Of a DNA stretch of 64,000 bases, positions 14,821 to 27,013 are shown in pieces. The notes under the pieces are model-generated. The model was given only the letters and a program-made list of their open reading frames with translations. It made no database searches and was not told the origin of the DNA. Every line of letters starts with the position of its first letter. Position 1 is the stretch's first letter. The stretch is from positions 6,944,001 through 7,008,000 of the forward strand of contig OX597823.1 of the NCBI GenBank assembly GCA_951406725.2. The letters run 5' to 3'. The stretch is from Octopus vulgaris (taxonomy: Eukaryota). The translations under genes were made by a program, and so were the position numbers.

Positions 14821-14990
14821 CCCGCTGCAGCCTGATAACTGGTATTGGTTTGTTAACATCCCTGTAATATAGCAGCTTGCCACAGGAAGCCAGCAGAATA
14901 AGTATCAGAGTTAAAAAAATAAGTACTGAAGTTAATTTGCTTTTCTAAACCTTCAAGGCAGTACTCCAGTGACTGAAACAAGTAAAAGTT
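14221..14990. mobile_element. Nested family A SINEs: old + copy split by a - copy (about 14397-14781)
   Basis: A + strand head at 14221-14395, a complete reverse copy, then the + strand 3' body at 14800-14990. Confidence 0.75.
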
Positions 14991-15079
14991 AGTTTGTAGT
15001 GTAGCATACAATGTTTATGGAGGTGATGATACAGCTTGTTATTTATGGTGAGGAATATATATATATACACATACATATT

Positions 15080-15548
15080 ATCTTGTTTCAGTCATTAGAC
15101 TGCAGCCATGCTGGGAGAGCACCTTGAAGAATTTTAGTCAAACAAATTGACCTCGGTACTTTTTTTTTTCCTTAAGCTTGATACTTATTCTATCAGTCAC
15201 TTTTGCTGAACTGATATGTTACGGGTACATAAACACACTAACAGTTGTTATCAAGTGGTGGTGGTGGTGGTGGTGGACAAATACACACATAAAGATGTAT
15301 ATATATCACCTTGATCACCTTGACTGACCAGTCCATTGGGTGTCCATTTGACACCACTGGTCACAGCATGCTGTCCACTCCTCTCTGATATATATATATA
15401 TATATATATATTAATATATATATATATATGCACACACACACACACAGTCAACCTGAGGCTATAGTAGAAGACACTTGCCCAAGGGACTGAACCCAGAACC
15501 ATGTGGTTGGGAAGCAAACGTCTTACCACACAACCATGCCTGCACCTA
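15080..15548 (-). mobile_element. Old family A SINE carrying a family C-like 3' fragment (15305-15385)
   Basis: Diverged A tail at 15080-15250 and head at 15450-15548, with an insert ending in (TCAAGGTGA)2 on the minus strand. Confidence 0.65.
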
Positions 15549-16384
15549 TGTGGCACCTCTGTGGCTATATAATAATAATAATAATAACAATAATAATAAT
15601 AATAATATACAGCTGACTTAGTGGGGGTGGGGCAGCATCTGGATTATGTATTTTCTCATTGGTTTCTGATATTTTAGTATTTCTAATTGATTAGTTTATG
15701 CAATTTTTAACAATTCCTACAAATTTATAGTCGAAAATTTGCTTACAAGTGTATGAGATTTTATTTCCATGATAATCACAGGGTTTGGGCATATTGTTTT
15801 TGACCCATTCAAGCATTATAAACTATTTCTAATATCTTGCTTTCCACTAATTAATCAAAATATTTAATACTGCTCTTGTTTTATTATCGATTTAATTTGT
15901 ATATTAAGGTATCCAAGTTTATCTACCAAGTTTGTTTTACAGCCTGTCTAATCAACTAGTAATTAAATGTTCTGTTGCTCTCTAATGATAATTTCATTTA
16001 ATACAATTTGTTTATTCTAATCGGGTTTTCAATTAAAGAAATAATCTTTAAAATCGTAAAGGTCCCCTACTTTCAATTGATCTTTTAGCAGTCTATATAG
16101 CTATTGCTCAAGTATAATCAACAACTGCTGCTTTTCATTCAGGCAGTCATCAAAAGCTTTTAAATCTTTCAAACTGCAATTCTCTCCCTTTGATCTAACA
16201 GTAAAGCCCTTTATTTTAGTGACATGTAGACAGCTTCTTGTTGTCTCAGAATATTAGATCAGTCTAATATCTTTCTTAAATCGCTCAGATTGTATTGCTA
16301 CCTTGCTGGCAATTTAGTCGACATTGCTGTAGTCATAGAGTCAAACTGTTATCCTCACCCTTTTCCCTGTGATGTCAGAGCATT

Positions 16385-16460
16385 TGCTATCTTATCTGAC
16401 AGAGTTAAGTATGGGATTAGTGGCAAGCTTCTCTCTTGGAAGTGGCTGTCGAGAAGATCA
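16385..16460 (+). mobile_element. Possible very degenerate LINE RT remnant
   Basis: RVKYGISGKLLSWK resembles the KLxxYGIxGKLLxWI motif of CR1/L2/Jockey RTs; no further support. Confidence 0.3.
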
Positions 16461-19454
16461 TGGCTTAGTGTCCATCACTGGCCACCATACTGCAGTGTAG
16501 AGTGATGGGATTAGAAAGATAAAAAGGCCTAAAATGAAATCTTGACAAGGAGACCTGTTGGTGTTTCTATCATATAACATTTTGTTGCTGTGGCTATTTG
16601 GTGGTTTGCAAAACTTAAAGTGGTCACAGAAGTCAAAAATGATGGAAAGGCTGGATTTATGATGGCAAAGTTCAAAGCTGCATAATTTTCCATCAACGGA
16701 TCAGCAGCCAAAGACTAGCACTTAGATCATTTTTACTTTTTGGTTTTTGCTTGTATCACAACTTAAACATAATCATTATATGAGAAGATTGTGGCTTTAA
16801 GAGATTTTCGTTTTTGTATTAATGTTTTAGACTTTATGGTGCATCTTGTGGTTTTGTTTTTTTGTTTTCTTACTCAAATATTTTTTTTTTTTATATTTTA
16901 CCTAAGAAAAATTATTTAATGTTGTCTATGTTAAGAGAAAGGGAGAGAGAGAGAGAGAGAGTGTATGTGTATGCACATGCATGTATGTGCGTGCAATCAT
17001 GTTCATGAAAGTGTGTGTGTGTGTGTGTGTGTTGGCGTGTCTATCTTCATAAGCAAGTTGATATTTTACTTTTATCTTTGTGAAATATAATTTCTTCCCT
17101 GTAACTAAACAAAAATGCTGAGATATTTTCCATTTTCTTTTTTTACTTTCTGAATTTCTTAGGTGTTTTTTTTTTTGTTTTGTTTTGTTTTGTTTGTTTT
17201 TTTCCTCCTAAATATAGTATTTGACTATATCTTCCTCTTCCTGAATGCTGTTGACTCAATCTTTCTGATATCATTATCATTATCATCAACATCGTCAACA
17301 CCATTACTATCATTATCTCTGTTTCATGCTTGGATAACTTAGACTCCATACTTCTTCAGCTCCTTACTTTCAGTCCTAATTCTTATCAACAATGACTACT
17401 ACACTGCAAATTTTTCTTTGTCTACACTTGTTTTCACTGCCTTGTTCACTCAGTTATTTTCATTGATTTCTACCTCATAAACATAGTCTTCAAGTATTAT
17501 ATCTACACTAATTATTAATGGTCTGTTTACTATTATTGACACACTTTGCATCATTAGAGCATTTCATACTTGTTTCTTTCATTTCCATAGTGTTACTGGT
17601 ATGCTATGCATATCTTCACAAATGCTTCATGTAATCTTTTGTCTGTAAGGAACAAGCCTTACAAGAGAATTCTTTCTTTCTGCTGAAAAATCCTTATTAC
17701 TATCTGGTTGCTGTTTTTTTTTTCTTTTATGTAAGCAAAATTTAATATTTTCTTCTGTATTCAATATAATAAAAAGAACATAGCTCTCCTGCTCCTTATA
17801 TTTAGCAATCTTATGCTGATTGTCCTTGTGTAGACAGACTTCTAGTGAGCAGAAACAAAAGATTAGTGCTAATCACCCATTGAAGGATTTGTCTGGTTGT
17901 AGAAGGCCTTGTAATTGATACCATTTATCACACTTAGAACATAACAGGATGTAACTAAATATTGCAAGCTATTACGCTCAAAACTCTACTGATTCTGCTA
18001 TCCAGTTCCTATAAGAAGAGAATCTTTTGTTGACATGATTTCTGGTTTTTCATTTTTATCATCATTTTTTAAATGTTCTGTTTTAAAATTGCTGTTTTGA
18101 AAACTTAATCTCATTAACCGTATAAAAATTACACATGAAAGTTATTCAGTGTCATATTATTGCTGCTTAAACCTAGGCTAGCTCTGAATAGACAGAATTA
18201 TGTTCAAAAGCATTTCAGCCAGAAACCATCCCATACTTTTTAAGAGTACCTTGGAATACAATATGTAATGTAACTTTTCTTTATTTAAATTGGTAAAGTA
18301 TAATTTGGAAGAAATTTGCCTCATATTTAAATGTCCATGTAGAGGCTCTCCCACATTAACTTATTGGTTATAAGTTGCTTATGTTTAGCCCCTGGCCAGT
18401 GGATTTGTGTGATTATGATTTGTTTATATTTTCAGTCAGTTTTTATTTGCTTTTGTTGTATGTAGTAAAAAAGGAGAGCACAACTCCTGCGTTGTCATTG
18501 ACCACTTCTCTGTTCAGTTCTGTGTGTTTCAAATAAGATGCATTTTACTGGTGATTGAGCAGTATTATTATTATTATTTTGAATTTGTTCCAGGGTTAAT
18601 GTCTATCTGTAAAGCGCTTTGTAACAAACTAAAATAATAATACATTCAATAATTTTCAATAAAATCTGAAGTGAAAGTATGCTATAAAGAAATAAAAACA
18701 TATTCAATAAACATAAATGTAAAAGTATCAAAAAAAGATATTAACATATTGTATGTTATAATTTCAAGTCCAAGTCTTGTTAATTTAGTAGTGTTTCTTA
18801 TGAAATTTCTCAGTTGTAAGGTTAAGGTATTTGATTACTAACCACTTAGTGAAGAGCTCAGAAGTTAGGGATGTGTCATTGTTATGAATTATTAAACAGT
18901 GTATGAATGTGACAAAAACTGCTGGCTTTTATTTGAAATAATGGAAGAAGGAAATAAAAAAAAAAAAAGAAAAAGAAATTAACTGCAAGGCAGCAAAAGA
19001 AGCCGCAGACTCATTTGTGATAGCAAATGAAATATTGAAATCTTCAGTAGATAGGAGTTGCACTAATCACTTATTCTAGTTGCTAGTTTACGTAAGAAGC
19101 TGTTATTCCTGGTGTCTGGCATGAAATAGAAATAAATTATGAAAGTTTGAAGACAAATCTAATAAGAATCAATGAAGAATTAGCATAGGGCAGTTGAATT
19201 AAAAGTGTCAAGCTTGGTTCTAAGAAAATTTAGTCATTGTAAGAGATATCTAAACTATTTATAAACAGCTAAAAATATCAGTGTGATCAGTCGAGTATTT
19301 CAGTTCCACTCAGAAACTGGAAACCCATGAGAGCTCTTCTGTGCAACCCCACCCCCAATAGCATTCAGGAATAGCTTTTTTTTAAAAAAAAAATTTAATT
19401 TATAGATAGGGAGTACAGGGCATTGGATTATCAGAATCATTAAAAATCTTGGAA

Positions 19455-19625
19455 TAGATACTTTGTGGTATATCTTCCCGTGCTTTACATTCTGAGTTCA
19501 AATCATACTAAAATCAACTTTGCTTTTCAGAGTTAATTAGATGAAATACCAGTCAAGTACTGGGGTTGATATTGCCTAACTCGCTAGCCCCCAAACTGCT
19601 GGCTTTGTGTCTAGATTAGAAGCTG
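19455..19625 (+). mobile_element. Degenerate SINE family D
   Basis: TTCTGAGTTCAAATC...CAACTTTGCTTTTCA...TACCAGTCAAGTACTGGGGTTGAT matches the family D body. Confidence 0.55.
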
Positions 19626-22456
19626 TTATACAGGCAGTATAATGAGTGCACAGAGGATACACCAAAATATTCATACAGTTATTTCTGGAAGTGAAATCAA
19701 CCACAGACTAAAAAATCATGAAAGCTCTAATATTTTAATGGAAGTAATATTTTGCAAGCATTCAGTGCTAATTGTTGTACTGTAAATGGTTTTGGATCTG
19801 GAGTGTGTTGTTAGTGAAAGATATTTGGAGAAAGAATTCATGATAGAAAACACATAGTTGGCTGGCAGAATAGTGAGTGACATAATCCTTGTGTCAGAAG
19901 AATAGTGCTGTATAATAATGGTTTCTAACATGGGTGTAATGTCCAACGTTTTGGGTGATGAATAAGTCGGTATCATATCATCCCAGTCCTTGATTAATCC
20001 TTTATTTTTGACCCCGTTGCAAGTTATCTTTTTCTAATGCACTAACTTCTACCAGTCTGTCACCATGGTACTGTATAGTAATGGAATACAGGAAGCTTGA
20101 CAGAGAACCTAATTTGTCTTGAGTTATTTGTTAGCAGCCAAAACAACTTTATTCGTGTGGATTGTTTGTAAGCTTCAAGAATAGCTGGGTTAGAATCTGT
20201 TTTTTATTTTTAATAGTTGGATCAAACTATAGAACACTGGTTATTATGATACTTCAGTCTGGGAGAACTGAAGCCATGTTATTTTGTATCTTATGCCAAC
20301 AGAGAAAAATGGGTAAAACCAAGGATGTTGTGCTCATTTTTTATATTTATTATTCTTTTTGATAGTTTGACTTAGGATGATAATTCATTCTGTATGTTTC
20401 TATTTTTCTTTGGAAATCATGTTTGTTTTTGAGTAAAATGTGATTAATAATTTCAATATATTATCTTTATACCTGACACTTAGAAAAAAAAACATTAAAT
20501 ATTATATGATTATATTTGATTTACTTTTTTAAAAAATGATTTGTATTTCTTGATACATTGGTAATCTGTTTTATAATTGATATTGTTTGCTATCATCAAA
20601 TCTAAAATGAATGCTTTAATAAAGATATATGTTCGATTGTGCTATTTCTGGGTTGTATTAATATTTGTTACACTTGTCAATTGGTCTGTTGCATATAGTT
20701 AGGTTGGGGATTTTGTTGTTTAATTGAGGGATTTTGTCTATTTCATTTTACTGTAATATGATCAATCTACAAGCAACATCCATATCCAAGTGATCTTCCT
20801 ATAACTTGTCTATATCATTATGGATAAATGTAGATCCTCCTATTTTTAGGTTGATTACACACATTATGCCAAACTATCTTGATTATTTTCATGTCTTCTT
20901 TTGTGCTATCATCGTCAATGGCATTATCTCATCTATATCCACAGATTCTTTTTTTGTAATAACATTGCATATAAAGCTATTGCTTTGTAGACTGAAACCT
21001 TATTTTGTTTAGAATCTAAAAAACATTTTGATTATCTTGGAGAGCTATTAAAATTTCACTTCTTAGAATATATGAATCTGTGTTAAGTTATTTTGAACTA
21101 TTGTTTTAATACATTAAGATTTCGAAAATCTATTTAAAAAAAAAATTTGTTCTTGTGATTGTAACTTTAATTGAAATGCATTTAAGTAGAAGGTTTCTGC
21201 TAAAGTGTATACCTATTTTCCATCTTGATATCAAATAAAGTTAAATTGGTTTGTTAGTGTCTGTCTTTGTTTCTAATTACACTGTCATTTAAACCTGGCT
21301 GACTTATGTTATCGCTTTACTTTAGAGCAGCATCATATTCAACTACTTATTAGCATTGTGTTAACACGCCTTCCTCTTTCACTACGAAGCTCCTTTATTC
21401 TGTTTAACATATTTCACTTGGAAGCTTACATAGCATATATCCACAATTATCTTACTTAATCCACTTTGAATATATAAAATGGATTCACTACTCTTGTCTC
21501 CATGCACTGCAGAATAACAATCTTGATGCATGTATGTACATACATTTTACTTTGGAAAATAAATTTAACCTTTTGATTGTCAGTATAAGCAAAAGTTCTG
21601 TGAATTTCTTCCAGCCACTATGGACCCTAGCCAGCTTCATCTCCAATGCTGATTATGTCTAAATAAGAGAATTTGTCAAGCATTTCCAGTGATTCATCAG
21701 AACAAATTATAACCTCTACAAGTGATTCATACATATTACCAGCTTTGCTGATGCAATTCTTGCAAGTGCAAGTTGTTCATCTGTCTATCAGGTATTCCAC
21801 TACACTTTGTGCACCCATCAGTTAATTTATTTACACTATAATAAATTTATAGTCATGGAACAAAACCACTTCTGTGTTTATATTCTTTTTTGAAAGTTGT
21901 AGTCTTTAACATATTTGTTTTTCTTGTTCAAATAATAATTGGGGCACTGATCCAAAAATATAAGGAAAGTTGATTTTTACCTTAAACTGCCCATTATTTT
22001 TATCAACTTACCAATTCTAAGCTATTTTGCTATGACTCTACTTTAATCATTAACACAATCTAATTTCCTTGAAATGTTAACTTTTGTTCTATACGTGTTC
22101 CCTATACATCAAAACTGACAGCATCAACCTTCTCTAGAATCTTGGAAAGCTCTATAAAGATTCTTGATTGCATGTGACAAATTAAGCAAAAACTTTTCTT
22201 CCCAATAATTTAGTGATTACTTCAATTAAAAGTATTGAGAAACTTAAAGCTCAAATAACCTTAATGAAAGAGAGCAAAACCACTCAAGTTTCTGCAGTTT
22301 TAACAGCCAAAGTAAAACAGGCATTTCCAGCATATTAATGTTTTATTTATTCTTGCACTTCTGGAACCATAATTTCTGACTCAGAATATCCATCAGGAAA
22401 ACAGTTACTCTATCTGTACTGTTTGTTAGCTACAAGAAAAGGCATTTGCATATTAA

Positions 22457-22676
22457 CCCTTTCATTACCAACCCGGCTGAAACCGGCTCTGGCTTTGAGT
22501 ACAAATGTCTTGTTTTCATAAGTTCTGAATTAAAATCTTCCACCAAACCCTAGTCACAATCTATGTTCCTAACACTAGCTGAATGATAACTAAGTTATTT
22601 TATTAAATTCTTTGTTATATTCAAAGTAATTCGAAGAAACACAGAGCATCTCAAAATAAATACAGTAACGAAAGGG
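22457..22676. mobile_element. piggyBac-type MITE family P1 (220 bp)
   Basis: TTAA|CCCTTTCATTAC ... GTAACGAAAGGG|TTAA; colinear with 2618-2838. Confidence 0.9.
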
Positions 22677-22755
22677 TTAATAAATACTGAGTAAGCAAAT
22701 AAAGTTACTATTTGAGAGCTATTTCAGTATACAAAAAAGACCCCTTCAATAAATG

Positions 22756-22798
<43 letters not shown>

Positions 22799-23780
22799 AT
22801 CATCATTGTTCCCATAATAACTAACAATTCTATCACTACCATCACAAGTATTAAATTGAATTACTGTAAAATATGAATTCTATTCTTAGTATATTGGATT
22901 TCTTCACTACAATTACAGATAAGTATTATAGACCCACAACTACTCACACAAGGTGAATATGTATTGGCATCTATGTGTCAGGTGATTGTGAGTGCAACAG
23001 GCAACATGTCATCTAGTGGAGTCTGTTATATGGTGAGGTGGCTTGTTGGTAACTAACATTCCCACCTTGGACTAGTCTGATGTAGAGGATTGTTAGACAC
23101 CCAGCAAAAGGACAGATGGACCTAGCATGAGGTTAATGATTACTCCTCCTAGTTCTTGTCAGAACATTTGCTTAGGAAAAGAGTAGAGAGGGCTTTTTAG
23201 CTGGAGTGGAATAACCTATTTAGACCTTATGGATAGGTCCAGGAAGACAAAGGCAAGAGGAGAAAAACAAGCTGTAGCAGACAATTTTTAAGGCAGTTTC
23301 CAACAGAATTGATTTCTGGCAACCTCCTGCAATTGAGGGGAGATACCAGTCATACTTAGTCATCCTTGCCACTGAATTTATCTCTGTCACAGTGAAAGTA
23401 GCAGTAGTTGAATACTTCAATAAGCTTCATTGTGCAAGTATCTTGCAATGTGGATCATGAATTTTGAATCTCATTGTTCCAGTAATTGTAATGTGCAGCT
23501 GCACCAATAAAATAATTTCTGTAGTTTCTTTGCTTGTGAGGGTGCACAACAGGTATAGTATATGCTGTAACTGTTACTATTCTTTCGTTGCTCACAGTGT
23601 GACATTTTCCATTGATGCTATAAGTAGTTATCGAAGTATCTACAACCTTCATTCAAACATTACAATCTAACTAATAAGTAGTTTTTACTGTTTTGTTAGG
23701 AGTTTTGAAAGTATTCAGTTATGAAGATATGTGAAGTCATTTAATTGTAAATAGTCATTAGACTTTATGTTAACATTGTG

Positions 23781-23995
23781 TTTCTTTATTGCTCACACGG
23801 GGACAAACAAGGACAGACAAATGAATTAAGTCGATTACATCGACCCCAGTGCATAACTGGTACTTAATTTATTGACCCCGAAAGGATGAAAGGCAAAGTC
23901 GACCTTAGCGGAATTTGAACTCAAAACGTAGTGGCAGACAGAATACTGTTAACCTTTTTTGCCCGGCATGCTAACGATTCTGCCAGCTTGCCGCC
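23781..23995 (-). mobile_element. SINE family D (tRNA-like head, CTTTCATCCTTTCGGGGTC...AAGTACCAG central domain)
   Basis: Minus strand: GGCGGCAAGCTGGCAGAATCGTTAGC...GAGTTCAAATTCC (B box). 14-bp TSD TTATGTTAACATTG (23765-23778) / TTATGTTAACGTTG (23996-24009). Confidence 0.85.
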
Positions 23996-24654
23996 TTATG
24001 TTAACGTTGGAGAACATGTGGACTGAGGGAACAGAAACAATGTCTTAAAATTCAGTTCATTTTGATCACATTAGATTTACAAACCTAACCAAAGATATGT
24101 TTTCACTATTATTTTAATGTAATTTTCCTTTTTTTTTATAATGTAAAATTAATTATTAGTTATATTCAGATTTTCTTCTTTTTCTTTGGCAAATTATTAG
24201 CAACTTTATTTATTTTTCTACATAAATAGATAGATAGTATGCCACCAAACACAATCAGTTACTAAGTATATGTTAGTGTCAATTATTAATTATAAGAAAA
24301 ATTTAACTTCATGGAGTGTTTTCTTTTCATTTCTTATATATGAAAAATAAATTTAAATATTATTTTTGCTTCTCATATTATGTTTATTGTGATTCTTATA
24401 TTTTGTTTCCCTTTTTAGAAAAAAACTTTAAACAGTTTAGGAATAATTTCATTGACTTTATAAAATATACATAAATATTTAAAATACAAACAGTTGTATT
24501 AAAGATTATTAATTAAGAACATTAGGAGTATATTGTGTAGAAAAATAGTATAAAGTATATGCTTCCAAATGAGAATTTATGAAGAAATTTTTTACGCATT
24601 GTTTTTATTCGCTTTCGTAGAATCCTCATCAACAGTTTAATGTTTTTTCATGCT

Positions 24655-24900
24655 TATATGGTGCTGCTATAAAACATATCACCACTCCTTTTTGATCTTT
24701 CTTCATCTTTCCCATGAGACCCAGTGTTCTGTGATTTGATTTTATTACTATTTTTATGCTCCCCCAATCTTTTTGAAAACCCTCCACCAACAAGCACAAC
24801 ACTTTTCCACTCAGCACTCATTCTCCATTCGCATCACCTGTTCATACCAATGTGGTCATCTCTCTTGCTTGCTTCAGCTGATGCCTCTAATGCTTAGCTG
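24655..24900 (-). mobile_element. Degenerate RTE-clade LINE 3' remnant
   Basis: Minus strand translates as QER*PHWYEQVMRMENEC*VEKC..VEG...RTLGLMGKMKKD, similar to RTE C-terminal RRLRWYGHVxRM...VEG...DR..W. Confidence 0.55.
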
Positions 24901-26790
24901 CTCTTGCAGCTCACCTTAAATCTCTTCAGTACTTGAAATTCTTCCCCATTCAGTCCCCATGCAATATCACATATCTAACACATATACCATACATTTTACC
25001 CTTTACATGAAAAGTAAAAATTTTGTTGCCATTCATGTTTCTGATACAACTATCTCCACCAGCATCTAAGTAACAAATTATCAACTACATCTAATTGACC
25101 ATCTTAAAAGGTCATGGTTTTATTTCATAGATGTTTGTACCACAAATAGTGCCACTATGACATTTGATGTACTGGTACTGAATGTTTAAATTAGCCATTG
25201 TTGATTATTGTAAGAATTAAAATCAAAATTAAAATTATAATTAAAATTTGAAACCGTTCATTTTCATGTCTTTGGATTAATGTTCGTTGCCATGGTCATT
25301 CACATGTAATTAGTAGAACTTAATATTTCAATCGTATGAAATAATTATGAGCTTTTACAGAGCTTTTTACAATGGTAAAGAATAACATAGTAATTCCTTG
25401 CAGAAAGAGGGGCAATGCCCTTGAGTAGTATATATGTTAACCAAAAATATAGGGATAAGTGCTACTGATCCTCAACTAGTGTAATTATGACAAATTTAGA
25501 ATTTAAAAAAGAACTTTGGTTTTTGCTCTGATTACAAGAACTCTTTTGAGTATAAGGTTTGCTTAATAATGAGAATAATGTGGTAAATATGCAGGTAACT
25601 TATACACTGAAGTTGAATAAACAAAATTACGAGGTAATATGATTACAAGTTATACAGTTCAGGCATAACTTCCACAGTCCATTATCAGTATGAAACTCCT
25701 CCTTAATACAGAAATACTTTGATGCTATTTGAGACTGCATACATATTCATACATGTCTAGGCAGATAATTTCATTAGCATCAATCTCATGTTAATGTCTT
25801 CAATAATTGATTGGAACACACCTGTTACTTTATTGGTGCTTGTGATGAGACAGGTTTGTGTGAACTCGGAAATATTCTTTGTATTTGTAAAAGCCTTATT
25901 TTGAGATGATTGTATTGGAGGTTAGAATGCCTCACAACTTGGTTCTCAAGTTGGAAAAATCCTTGTGTGCAAAATAACACCATAAGCTGATTGTGATATC
26001 ATCTTAGAAGGGAGTATTTCTATGTCATTAATTGATTTACACCTTCATTGTAATATAATAGACATTATTTAGACAGTAAGACTATTTCTGGGAGTATAAT
26101 GTAAGCTTCAACTCTGTCTTCATTGACATGATCTAAGCATGTGACACTGTTTACAATATGCATTACGGATTATTTTCAGGGAGCCAGAGTACCCACAGAA
26201 GTACTTTTCCAACTGTTTCATGACTGCAGAAATATTCTTCAATAGAAAAGCTTCTGCATGATTAAACAGAAAAATTATGAGAATTGGAACTTTTTACTTC
26301 TTGTGTGCTCATTAACTTTTTTCATCTTAAATTTACTACTGCATGCTGACTAAGTACTGTTTGTCATGATAACTATTAGGGTTCATCCTGAAACACTTGA
26401 AAAGTTCATCAAAGAAATGCTATTTGTTGGTGTTTGCTGATGTTTCAGATTCTTAGAACTTTTAATGATATTTGATTTGATCCTATGTAGAACTAAAACG
26501 CTTCACTCTACAAGTATGCTTTCTATTTACTTTGCATCTTTTAAGAATGTCAGCAGCACAATTTCAGGTAGCAAATCCCTTAACAATTATTTTGCATTGA
26601 AACATGTGTTTACAAAAAGATTGCACTGAGTTCCTGGCATATGAGAATTTTTGACTTTCCTCTAAACTTAAAATATAGATACAATCCAATGAGATAACCT
26701 CTGCAATCACTTGACAAAAATAGCAGCCAAATGTCATTCAAATTACAACCTATTCAATGTGGTTGCTATTTAAGATAGTAGTATGGGGAA

Positions 26791-27013
26791 TCCTTTAGCA
26801 TTTAAACCAGCCATATCCAACCCGAATATGCTACCTGTTTTATATTCTAGCCAGCCAGATCCAGCCTATCACCTCTACTCCTCACTGCTATTATAAAATA
26901 TGCAATCGCACCATCATAATTTTGAAGCTACAAAATAATGCATGATTAATTAACGATGACGATGATGAATGAAAAAGCATTACATTTGACAGAATAATTT
27001 GAATGCTAAAGGG
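26791..27013. mobile_element. piggyBac-type MITE family P2 (diverged, about 223 bp)
   Basis: (T)CCTTTAGCATT ... AATGCTAAAGGG|TTAA; colinear with 55434-55654. Confidence 0.75.

Noticed and set aside
16529-16711. 60-aa minus-strand ORF MAADPLMENY...
   Set aside because: No recognisable homology or convincing splice sites.
23220-23420. CQKSILLETA resembling the R4/Dong LQKxxLLGTA terminus
   Set aside because: Single short motif, too degenerate to call.
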